Source: Desulfosudaceae bacterium
Lineage (GTDB): Bacteria; Desulfobacterota; Desulfobacteria; Desulfobacterales; Desulfosudaceae
Reading direction: 5' to 3'
NCBI GenBank assembly: GCA_963674745.2
Contig: CAXXDV010000003.1
Location: forward strand, 1,440,001-1,504,000
DNA: 64,000 bases
Positions 19,555-28,567 of this stretch are shown here, piece after piece. Every line of letters begins with the position of its first letter. Position 1 is the first letter of the stretch. The notes below the pieces were generated by a model. The model ran no database searches, was not told the DNA's origin, and worked only from the letters and a program-made list of their open reading frames with translations. A program made the position numbers and the translations under genes.

Positions 19555-20748
19555 ATGAGAAAAGGTATTTTAATGGTTATGCTTCTTGTGGCGAGCCTCC
19601 TGTCCGGAAGTGCTTTTGCCGAAGATATTAACATACACGGCAGTATTTCGCAGGGCTTTCTCAAGACAACCAACTTTAACTATTTAACCGATGATTCAAA
19701 AGAAGGCATTTATCAGTTCAATGAAATGAATGCCAATTTTTCATCCCGCATAAGTGAAAAATTTCATATCGGGTTTGGCCTCAGCTCCCGGAACCTGGGC
19801 GAATTCGGCGGTACGGAAGTGGAATTAAACTGGGCTTATGGCGATTATCGTTTCAAGGATTATCTCGGTATGCGGGTCGGAAGGCTTAAAATGCCCATCG
19901 GTCTGTACAACGAAACCCGGGAAATGGACATGTTCCGGACGTGTATCATTTTACCGCCTGTTTATCCCGAGGCATACAGGGATTTCTGGTCACATATTGA
20001 TGGTGCCGGTATTTACGGTAACATCCAGGCGGGCCCCCTGGGTACATTTTCATACCAGGTGAACATCGGCACAGAGAAGGTGCCAGCAGACGGCGGAACC
20101 GCTTTGTATTACAATGAGCGCTTGAGTGCACTGAACGCGAACATTTCCCGCATCCATGTGGTTGATACGGTGTCTGCCTTCAGTTTAAAGTGGGAAACGC
20201 CGTTACCCGGCCTGGAGCTGAGTCAGACGTATATGGATCTTGGCACGCCGGAATTGACGTCATCGTTTTTCCATCCCCTTCTGGGTGACCTGAACGGTAT
20301 CATTTATGGCAAAGATATGTTCATCACCTTCTCCTCAATGAAGTATGACTATAATAATTTTGGTTTTGCCGCCGAATTTTTTAACTTTGAATTCGACAGC
20401 ATGATCATTACCGACGACGGCTTCAAACTGCTTGACTCAAAAGAGACGAAAATCATGGGCTGGTACGTAAACCCCACCTACCGCTTTACGGACTGGTTAG
20501 AAACAGGTATTTACTACTCGGAGTTTTATCCGACCAAAGGTCAAAGAGACGAGGAATATCTGGAGGATACCTGCCTGTCGCTCCGATTTGACCTGAATTA
20601 CAACTGGATCGTTAAGCTGGAAGCGCACCGGTTGAAAGGCATCGGTTATGTCGTGCAAAGTCACAATTCCGCCAAGGATTTCAGTTCCGGTGATTTTAAT
20701 GACGAAACGTGGTCCTTGTATGCATTAAAAATGACTTATAACTTCTAA
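19555..20748 (+). CDS. Putative outer-membrane porin (beta-barrel)
   Basis: Signal peptide; LNWAYGDYRF, RVGRLKMPIGLYNE; terminal YNF. Confidence 0.75.
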   Translation: MRKGILMVMLLVASLLSGSAFAEDINIHGSISQGFLKTTNFNYLTDDSKEGIYQFNEMNANFSSRISEKFHIGFGLSSRNLGEFGGTEVELNWAYGDYRFKDYLGMRVGRLKMPIGLYNETREMDMFRTCIILPPVYPEAYRDFWSHIDGAGIYGNIQAGPLGTFSYQVNIGTEKVPADGGTALYYNERLSALNANISRIHVVDTVSAFSLKWETPLPGLELSQTYMDLGTPELTSSFFHPLLGDLNGIIYGKDMFITFSSMKYDYNNFGFAAEFFNFEFDSMIITDDGFKLLDSKETKIMGWYVNPTYRFTDWLETGIYYSEFYPTKGQRDEEYLEDTCLSLRFDLNYNWIVKLEAHRLKGIGYVVQSHNSAKDFSSGDFNDETWSLYALKMTYNF

Positions 20749-20771
20749 TATAACCGGCTATTTCTCTGTCA

Positions 20772-20814
20772 AGGAGAGACGGCACCCGTAATGGGTTGCC
20801 GTCTCTCCTGTTTT
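20772..20814 (+). terminator. Intrinsic terminator
   Basis: aggagagacggca...tgccgtctctcct stem followed by gtttt. Confidence 0.75.
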
Positions 20815-20897
20815 CAGGCAGATCTCTTTGTTGCTCCCGACCCGAAGCACCGAATTTCATATTTATAACTTGAATTAACGATATTAATAAGGAAACC

Positions 20898-21350
20898 GTG
20901 ATGAAAAAAACAGGACTAAAAACACTGATTGGCGTTTCCCTTCTTCTGCTCTTTACCGTAAACGTTTACGCCCATTGTGAAATTCCATGCGGAATTTATG
21001 ACGATGAAATGAGAGTAACAATGATCATGGAACATATTACCACCATTGAAAAGTCCATGAACCAGATCAATGCCCTTTCAAAAGACAAATCGGTAAACTA
21101 CAATCAGCTTGTCCGCTGGGTTACCAACAAGGAACAACATGCCGATGAAGCCCAGCATATCATCACCCAGTATTTTATGACCCAGCGCATCAAGCCCGAC
21201 ATGGACAAATATACCGATAACCTCGTATTACTCCACAAAATGCTGATTTACTGCATGAAGTGCAAACAGGAGACAGAGCTGGATCATGTCGAGAAATTAA
21301 GGGTGCTGACAAAAGCGTTCCACGACCTGTATTTTCACAAACACAAATAA
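20898..21350 (+). CDS. sodN: Nickel superoxide dismutase with Sec-type signal peptide
   Basis: Ni-hook HCEIPCGIYD directly after the VYA cleavage-type site; NQLVRWV..KEQHA helix motif. Confidence 0.9.
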   Translation: MMKKTGLKTLIGVSLLLLFTVNVYAHCEIPCGIYDDEMRVTMIMEHITTIEKSMNQINALSKDKSVNYNQLVRWVTNKEQHADEAQHIITQYFMTQRIKPDMDKYTDNLVLLHKMLIYCMKCKQETELDHVEKLRVLTKAFHDLYFHKHK

Positions 21351-21381
21351 ATCCGTCCACAAACCCGTTAAAGGGAGGACC

Positions 21382-22188
21382 ATGAAGCGACTGTTCTGCA
21401 AATCAATACTGATAGGTGCTTTGATACTGGTGGCTTCCGTTGCCTGGTCGTTTTACGGGAATTCCCCGTGGACAATCTCCATCGGGTCGGACCGCGTTAT
21501 CGAATTTCAATCCGAAAAAAGAATATCTTACTGCAACCGGCGTTATGCCTTTGTCGTCGCCGGACAACCGGACCGAATATTTCTGTCCCCTGAGGATGAA
21601 CGCAGCATAAAAGCCTTACGCCAGGGACTGGAACAAATGGGTTATTCTCCGGATATCTTTATCCTGGACGAAAATACCGCGACAGTTGAGGCGATACCTT
21701 TTGAACAATTTCTCAAGCTGGACATTGTTTTTGAGGATCTGCCGGTGGGCGGGCCGGAGAAATACCCGGATATTGACTGTGCCGGGGACCCTGAGGGGCA
21801 TTCGTTTAACGCGCCGATCCGAAAAAAAGGCAGAGAATTCGTCGCCGTTTTATCGTCCGACAGGAAAACCTTCCACAAATATTCATGCTGCATTCCGGGT
21901 ATTATTCCGTTTTTCGGTCGCTCGCAATGGATTCAAAAAGAGCCTTATCACAGCGGCACCCTGTTTCTGGAAATTTTTGACACGGAACATCCGGAAAGGC
22001 CCGTAGCGCGCCTGGAAAAAACATTTAAAGACGTCTGGCTGCTGCCTTCAATTTTCGACATGGCCTGCTGGGTGCAGGGAACTGAAGCGCCCATGCTGGT
22101 AGTGGCTGACAATGAAAGCACTTTGAAGAATATACCCGGCCGGGTGCTGCTGATCCGCCCTGCTTTTGATACAGTGAACACGCCATGA
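21382..22188 (+). CDS. Hypothetical exported protein
   Basis: GGGAGG RBS, signal-like N-terminus, overlaps the next gene (ATGA). Confidence 0.6.
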   Translation: MKRLFCKSILIGALILVASVAWSFYGNSPWTISIGSDRVIEFQSEKRISYCNRRYAFVVAGQPDRIFLSPEDERSIKALRQGLEQMGYSPDIFILDENTATVEAIPFEQFLKLDIVFEDLPVGGPEKYPDIDCAGDPEGHSFNAPIRKKGREFVAVLSSDRKTFHKYSCCIPGIIPFFGRSQWIQKEPYHSGTLFLEIFDTEHPERPVARLEKTFKDVWLLPSIFDMACWVQGTEAPMLVVADNESTLKNIPGRVLLIRPAFDTVNTP

Positions 22189-23246
22189 CCAGAACCAGGA
22201 AAATCATTTTTCTCATACTGTTGTTTCCGGCAGCAGTTGTCGCCGGTATTTTGTTTTATATCATCACCTGGGAATATGGAGGACACTTCAAAAAAATCGC
22301 TTTCAGCCGAAACGGCGACGCCCTTCTGGCCATTGAAAACGGTACGGAAATATTCCTCTGGGATGTGTCAACCGGTCATGATGTGCGCGTGATGCGAAAG
22401 CCTTATTTTAAGGGTGGCGCCGATTATATCGCATTCAGTCCTGACGGACGCACTGCCGTTTCCGGTGGAACGGACGGCATCGTTCTCTGGGATATTATAG
22501 AAGGCAGAATGCTTCATGTTTTTGAAGACTCCCGCCCTCTCCCGACAAAAACTTCCGGCCCCTGTGTAGCATTCAGCCCGGGCGGAAGATTCATTCTTTC
22601 GGGTGATTCGGAAGAAAGCCTTGTTTTATGGAACGTCGAAGACTATTCAAGAGAACGAATATTTGTGAATGATCACTGCGAACAAAGCAACGGATCAGAA
22701 ACAAATATCTGCTGCATTTCGTTTAGCAGGGACGGCCGATTGGCCTTAACGGCCGGAAAACGTCTTGTGGTATGGGATGTCGAAACAGGAAGCAAAAACC
22801 GTATTTTTACCGGACATAAAAAAGAGATAATCAACGCTTCCATTACCGATGACCAACAACATGTCGTATCCGGCGGTTTTGATCAGACCCTAAAAAAATG
22901 GTCTCTGGACACCGGTAAAGAAATTTCTTCTTTACGCGTTGATCAATACCCGACAAGCATTTCCTTCAGCCCGGACGGCCGATACGGCCTGACGGGAGAA
23001 ACCCGAGGAGAGCTTAAAGTGTGGGACATGAAAAAAGGTGTTTTCCTTTTTGCGCTGAATGCTCGGCGAGACAAAGGCGTATTATCAATCGCCGTAAGCC
23101 CTGATGGTAATAAAGTCGCGGCGGGATTAAACGGAAAAATGAAACTGTGGGACCTTCATACCGGTAAAGAACTCCTGACGTTCAGAAGAAAACCGACGAT
23201 TCCGCTGATCCTGAACGATCTTGTCTGGTCATATGTTAAGATATGA
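22185..23246 (+). CDS. Membrane-anchored WD40-repeat protein
   Basis: N-terminal TM; repeated FSPDG...LWD units. Confidence 0.88.
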   Translation: MTRTRKIIFLILLFPAAVVAGILFYIITWEYGGHFKKIAFSRNGDALLAIENGTEIFLWDVSTGHDVRVMRKPYFKGGADYIAFSPDGRTAVSGGTDGIVLWDIIEGRMLHVFEDSRPLPTKTSGPCVAFSPGGRFILSGDSEESLVLWNVEDYSRERIFVNDHCEQSNGSETNICCISFSRDGRLALTAGKRLVVWDVETGSKNRIFTGHKKEIINASITDDQQHVVSGGFDQTLKKWSLDTGKEISSLRVDQYPTSISFSPDGRYGLTGETRGELKVWDMKKGVFLFALNARRDKGVLSIAVSPDGNKVAAGLNGKMKLWDLHTGKELLTFRRKPTIPLILNDLVWSYVKI

Positions 23247-23281
23247 CACCGTGAAAACCGGTAAATAAAACGCCAGGGGGG

Positions 23282-24304
23282 ATGATGAAAATCCGAAGCA
23301 TTATTTTGACCTTAAGTATCGGCCTGGTTATTTTTTCCGTGTCCACGCTCATCAGCAGACCTGTCTTTGGGACCTCCAACATCGGCGTGTTTTGCGAATT
23401 CATGAAAAACATCTCGCCGATACTGATGGGGGTTTCATGTCTTTTCATCCTGCTCGCCACGACTAAATTGAGGATAGTCAGCATCATCGGCGTGGTCCTG
23501 ATAGCCGGCTCACTGGTGATCACCTGGTTCCTTGCCGAGCGTACCGGATATTCCATGGGAACATCCGGCTGGGTCAGCGGTTTTGTGGGGATTGTCGTTA
23601 TTATCCCGGCAGGACTTCTGCTATGCGGCCTGAGCGGTTTTATTTCATTGATCGATATAATGGAAAAAGACAATGCCGTTCAAAAACCGGTGATCATATC
23701 CGCCGCCTTTATCATCGTTCTCGGCATCGCGTATCATGTGTCCGCCAACTGGAAACCGGATATTTACAGCCTGGTTGAAACCATTAAAAACAGTGAAGAT
23801 GAATACGAACGTTTTTCAACAGCTGTAAGACTTACGGAGGTCAAAGACCACCGGCTCACACCGCTTCTTATCACACTCTTTGAAAACGACAATCCCCGCG
23901 TACGGGAAGCGGCTTTTGTGGCCGTGCGGGGAGAATCCAGGACCGCCGCGGCCGTCCGGCCGCTGCTGGCTGCGCTTAAAAAGGAGGCTGACGAAAAAAA
24001 CAGAGAGTGGATCATCCAGGCGCTGGGCATCATCGCCCCCCTTGCGGAGCCTTTCGATCAAACTGAAATTATTGAAACCCTGATTCACATTCTTAAAAAT
24101 GGAAATGGTGGCATAAAAGAGAAAGCCGCCGAGAGCCTCGGCTATATCAAGGACAAACGGGCCATACAGCCCCTTATTGACGCGCTGAGCGATAAAAACG
24201 CCGCTTTTGGCGCCCATAATTCCCTGATCACAATCACCGGCATGCGGTTCGAAGGTGACCCCGAGGTGTGGAAGCAATGGCTGGCCACGCAGAACAAGAA
24301 ATGA
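23282..24304 (+). CDS. Membrane protein with C-terminal HEAT/PBS-lyase repeats
   Basis: About 5 TM helices, then VREAA, AAESLGYIKDKRAIQPLIDAL. Confidence 0.8.
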   Translation: MMKIRSIILTLSIGLVIFSVSTLISRPVFGTSNIGVFCEFMKNISPILMGVSCLFILLATTKLRIVSIIGVVLIAGSLVITWFLAERTGYSMGTSGWVSGFVGIVVIIPAGLLLCGLSGFISLIDIMEKDNAVQKPVIISAAFIIVLGIAYHVSANWKPDIYSLVETIKNSEDEYERFSTAVRLTEVKDHRLTPLLITLFENDNPRVREAAFVAVRGESRTAAAVRPLLAALKKEADEKNREWIIQALGIIAPLAEPFDQTEIIETLIHILKNGNGGIKEKAAESLGYIKDKRAIQPLIDALSDKNAAFGAHNSLITITGMRFEGDPEVWKQWLATQNKK

Positions 24305-24309
24305 TACCG

Positions 24310-24840
24310 CTATTTCTTTCCTATTTCCACCGTTTCCAGATAGATTCTCACCGTGTTGAGGGTATTGACAAACACCTGCTTGCCGGCATCGGCAATGGCC
24401 TGTGACTCGACATTGCCGCACAATTGTGCAAAAAGGGTCCCCACCACGATGGCGGGGTCGGCTTCGTCCATGTTGGTGTTCATAGCATCGATATAGCATT
24501 GAATCCGATCCCGGATGGCGGCAAAATAATCAACCGTCTTACCATCCGTGCCGACTGAAGCCATGGTGGAGATCTGGCCGGCAAACTTGTGTATGGAAAG
24601 CCAGAAGGCCTCGGCCAGTTCGTTTTTTAAGGGATGGTCGTTCATGAAGTATGCCACTGCCCATCCGGTAAAAACAATCCGCATTAATTGAAGTTCATAT
24701 TCAACGGTGGTTTTGTTGATACCCGGATCGTCATCGGGCAGCCTGGCGAGTTCCTTCTTGATCGTCTCCCGGCTGGTGGCCACCCCGGTCAGCACCTCAA
24801 CGGCCCGGTCAATCGTGTGGTCTGCCTTATCTTCAGTCAT
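24310..24840 (-). CDS. Hypothetical protein
   Basis: 176 aa ORF with GAGG RBS, convergent with the HEAT gene. Confidence 0.65.
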   Translation of the reverse strand: MTEDKADHTIDRAVEVLTGVATSRETIKKELARLPDDDPGINKTTVEYELQLMRIVFTGWAVAYFMNDHPLKNELAEAFWLSIHKFAGQISTMASVGTDGKTVDYFAAIRDRIQCYIDAMNTNMDEADPAIVVGTLFAQLCGNVESQAIADAGKQVFVNTLNTVRIYLETVEIGKK

Positions 24841-25005
24841 GTCAACCTCATGTAAAAAATGGATGTTTATTTAACTCTTTTTGTCTTTTCATACTGAACC
24901 TGATTTGTAAAGAGATGACGTTTCCATTATTTGCCTTTTAAACAATATAGGTATATTAAAAGATCAATCTGACAAACGGTTCATAAAAGACTCGGGGGGG
25001 AACAA

Positions 25006-25488
25006 ATGAAAACGATCGGAACGATTCTTCTGATTTTTTGTATTATCGCCGGACAGAGCTTATGTTTTGCTGATATGGAAAACACTCAGAACGCAGGAGA
25101 AGTGACAATCGTCCTAAGGGGCATGGATAAGCCGCCGCCGACAAGTCTTGTAAAATTCGTTTTCAGCGGGGACGGATCAGATACGATTCAATTCAGCATC
25201 GCGGACACGGAAATTTCAACCAAGACTGAATTGTCTGGAGATGATGTTGAGAATACCCGGTTGAATGTGAAATTGTTGGATGAAGACATGCGTCCCGTTA
25301 CAATTATTTCAAAATCAATGGGGCCGGCTCATACTTACAATAATCTGTCTTTGAAAGAAGGCACATACACCCTCGATATTTCCCAAAGCGGTCCTGGAGA
25401 CTGGGAAATAGCCTTGATTGTCCCTGATATGATTTATTTTTTGAGTTCCGATTATGAATCTAAAACACTCTTTTATGAGCCTGAGTGA
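25006..25488 (+). CDS. Hypothetical exported beta-sandwich protein
   Basis: Signal peptide; LKEGTYTLDI motif. Confidence 0.6.
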   Translation: MKTIGTILLIFCIIAGQSLCFADMENTQNAGEVTIVLRGMDKPPPTSLVKFVFSGDGSDTIQFSIADTEISTKTELSGDDVENTRLNVKLLDEDMRPVTIISKSMGPAHTYNNLSLKEGTYTLDISQSGPGDWEIALIVPDMIYFLSSDYESKTLFYEPE

Positions 25489-25746
25489 TCTGCAAACGGT
25501 TTCAACAGGCGATCCATCACCTTTCTGATTGTCGGCGAGCTTGACCCGGAATTAAAAATCCCGCAATTGTCGTTTTTTAGTGGTATAAAGACAATTATAC
25601 TGGTAAAATATTTATTTAAAATTCAGGCTAGGTTTGTCATAGACCGCGTCCGAACCGGGTCTGTTTAATCGACAATCATTTCAACAACCGTTTGGTCTTT
25701 TACCGGATTTCGGTGATAAGGACCGGATGCTGCCAAGGAGGAAACT

Positions 25747-26754
25747 ATGAAAAAAACATCCCGTAAGGTATTGGTCCTGGCCGTTTTAACATTGATCCTG
25801 GTTGTGGCTTTTCCGCTCGCATCCATGGCCGGAACGTATCGCACCATCATTGCTTTCGGCGACAGCCTGTCCGATCATTTTGGTCTTGCCAGCTATATCG
25901 GGCTTTACGATCCCTTGAGAAACCCTAACGGCGCACTCGACTCCTGGACCAATGGGGACGTCTGGGTGGAGTACCTGGCCGACGACCTTAACGCCGAACT
26001 GGACAACAACGCCATTGCCGGGGCCATGACACTGGGCCATGAGAATCCCGCCATTCAGGCCCAGACGGATACCGGAAACCTGCCGCCTCTGGGTCTGGTG
26101 GGTCAGGTCAACCGGTTTGTAGGTGAAGGCACCATGTTCGATCCGAACACCACCTTATTCACCATCTGGATCGGCGGCAATGACCTTTTAAAGTTCGGCC
26201 GGGGAGAATCCGCTTTTACCGATCCCCAGGCATTGATAGCCAGTGCCGTGGATAATATCATTAATTCCATGAGCGCCCTGGCCAGCGTTGGTGCCCAGAA
26301 CATTCTGGTCATTAACCTGCCCGACCTGGGCAAGGCCCCGGCCTATAACAGCAAATCGGCTCAGGAGATCCAAGCCGCAACCGGCCTGGCAATGGCTTTT
26401 AATGCCGCCCTGGCCCAGGGGATTAACGCTTTCAGCGCGATTTTTCCCGATGTGACGGTGATCTCTTTTGATATATTCACCAATTTGAATGAAATCATCA
26501 ACAGCGGCATCTTTGCAAATGTCACCGGCACTTACATGGTGCTCGATGCAAACGGAGACCGTACCGGGGCGACCAACGAACCGGCCGGAGATTACCTCTT
26601 CTGGGACGCCATTCATCCTACTACTAAAGCCCATGAAAATGTGGCGACTGAAATCGGTGATGTTCTGGCCGCCATGGGCATCGTACCTGCCAGTGACGGT
26701 CATGGCAGCTCCACCTGTTTTATCGATACGCTCGGCCTGGTGTCGAACTGGTAA
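25747..26754 (+). CDS. Exported SGNH/GDSL hydrolase with C-terminal CFIxT tail
   Basis: FGDSLSD, WIGGND, FWDAIHPT; ends GHGSSTCFIDTLGLVSNW. Confidence 0.9.
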   Translation: MKKTSRKVLVLAVLTLILVVAFPLASMAGTYRTIIAFGDSLSDHFGLASYIGLYDPLRNPNGALDSWTNGDVWVEYLADDLNAELDNNAIAGAMTLGHENPAIQAQTDTGNLPPLGLVGQVNRFVGEGTMFDPNTTLFTIWIGGNDLLKFGRGESAFTDPQALIASAVDNIINSMSALASVGAQNILVINLPDLGKAPAYNSKSAQEIQAATGLAMAFNAALAQGINAFSAIFPDVTVISFDIFTNLNEIINSGIFANVTGTYMVLDANGDRTGATNEPAGDYLFWDAIHPTTKAHENVATEIGDVLAAMGIVPASDGHGSSTCFIDTLGLVSNW

Positions 26755-26770
26755 ATCGCGACCTTTATAA

Positions 26771-26805
26771 TGTTCCGGGTCGCCAATTGAAGGCGACCCG
26801 GAACA
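26771..26805. terminator. Hairpin after the GDSL gene
   Basis: tgttccgggtcgcc-aattgaa-ggcgacccggaaca; no strong U-tract. Confidence 0.6.
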
Positions 26806-26972
26806 ACTCTATCAAAAAACTTTCAGACCTATTGTTCTCTTGTCATCCTGCCTCTTCTTCGCTTTTCTTTTCATCCCGGCCATCGATTAATGTTGTGTTA
26901 AAATTATAATAACGCTATTTATGGTAGCAATTTTTATTAAATCAAACCGTTAACTGATTCCGGCCCCAAACA

Positions 26973-28466
26973 ATGAAAGACGAACACAAAACAAAAAAGC
27001 AGCTCGTAGAAGAATTAGCTGAATTACGAAGGCTGATCAATAAAACAGATTCGGCTGTACGGGTGTCTGATAAAGACCGACTGGTTTTAAATGCCGCCGG
27101 CGAAGGAATTATCGTTCTTGATACCCAGGGAAAACATTCTTTTGTCAATCCATCCGCGGCCAGAATGCTGGGTTACCCGGTTTCTGAACTGACGGGGGTG
27201 GAGAGCCATTCTCTCTGGCACTATAACAAATCCGACGGCAGTACTTATCCTGAAGAAGAATGCCCCATCTATGCCGCCTACAAGGACGGCAAAGTCCATA
27301 GCGGTGATGACGAGATTTTCTGGAGAAAGGACGGCACCTATTTTCCTGTTCAATACACAAGTACCCCCATCATTGAGGTTGGAGAAATTTTAGGCGCTGT
27401 CGTTACGTTCATGGATATAACGAAACGCAAGCGCATGGAAAAATCACTTAAGCTGGATGAAGAACGCCTTGAATCCCTCCTGAAGCTGACACGCATGGAT
27501 GTCACCTCTGAAAAAGAAATCACGGATTTTGCCCTGGAAGAAGCCGTTCGCCTCACGAGAAGCAAAGGCGGATATCTGCATTTTTTTGATGAAGACAAAC
27601 AAACCATTCATCTTTTTTCATGGTCAAAAGACGTACTGGAAACATGTACAGCGGAACAGGATCATCATTATCCCCTGACATCCGCCGGCATATGGGCAGA
27701 CAGCGTTCGATTCAAAAAAGTGGTTATTCATAACGATTATCAATCGCTGGCCCATAAAAGAGGCCTCCCGGAAGGTCATTTTCATTTAATCCGTCATCTG
27801 GGTGTCCCGATCTTTGATGGAAACCGTATTGTGGGCGTTACCGGGGTGGGCAATAAGGAAGACCCTTATGATACATCCGATGCCCGTCAGATAACGCTGT
27901 TCATGCACAATATGTGGCGGATAATGCAACAGAAACGCCTGGAACAGGAAAGGGAAAAGCTGGTCATCGAACTTAAAGAGCTGTCATTAAAAGACGAGCT
28001 CACAGGCCTTTATAATCGTCGCGGATTCTTATCGATAATGACACAGCAATGCGCGGTCGTTAAGCGGGTTCAAAAAAATGCCATGTTGATTTTTATCGAC
28101 CTGGATGGGTTGAAACTGATCAATGATCGATACGGGCACGCAGAGGGTGATCAGGCTTTAATCCGTACAGCCGATATTTTAAAAAACACGTTCAGGGAAA
28201 CAGATATCATCGGAAGGATCGGCGGGGATGAATTTGCTGTTTTCGGCATGATTATGGATGATAAAAATTTCGATACCGTCACTTCCAGAATAAAAGAAAA
28301 ATTTGAAAAACGGATCAACGAATATAACGCCCAGACCGAAAAACCATATCGCATTTCTTTGAGCTACGGCATATCCTTTGCCGAGTACCAAAATGAATTC
28401 TCCTGTGATTCAATGTTGTCCGAGGCGGATGAGAAAATGTATTTTCAAAAACAGAAGAAACGTTGA
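26973..28466 (+). CDS. PAS-GAF-GGDEF diguanylate cyclase
   Basis: DELTGLYNRR, RETD I-site, RIGGDEF. Confidence 0.93.
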   Translation: MKDEHKTKKQLVEELAELRRLINKTDSAVRVSDKDRLVLNAAGEGIIVLDTQGKHSFVNPSAARMLGYPVSELTGVESHSLWHYNKSDGSTYPEEECPIYAAYKDGKVHSGDDEIFWRKDGTYFPVQYTSTPIIEVGEILGAVVTFMDITKRKRMEKSLKLDEERLESLLKLTRMDVTSEKEITDFALEEAVRLTRSKGGYLHFFDEDKQTIHLFSWSKDVLETCTAEQDHHYPLTSAGIWADSVRFKKVVIHNDYQSLAHKRGLPEGHFHLIRHLGVPIFDGNRIVGVTGVGNKEDPYDTSDARQITLFMHNMWRIMQQKRLEQEREKLVIELKELSLKDELTGLYNRRGFLSIMTQQCAVVKRVQKNAMLIFIDLDGLKLINDRYGHAEGDQALIRTADILKNTFRETDIIGRIGGDEFAVFGMIMDDKNFDTVTSRIKEKFEKRINEYNAQTEKPYRISLSYGISFAEYQNEFSCDSMLSEADEKMYFQKQKKR

Positions 28467-28494
28467 AGGATGAATTCCGGGCAATGGAATCAAA

Positions 28495-28540
28495 AACAAA
28501 AAAGCGGGAGCAGATTGATCTGCTCCCGCTTTATTGTTTT
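28495..28540. terminator. Bidirectional intrinsic terminator
   Basis: aaaaaagcgggagcagat-tg-atctgctcccgcttt between convergent genes. Confidence 0.8.
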
Positions 28541-28567
28541 ATTCATCCTTTTAGAATGGAATACGAC

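Noticed and set aside
25640..25740. Riboswitch in the GDSL leader (two hairpins)
   Set aside because: No recognisable riboswitch consensus; would need an Rfam search.
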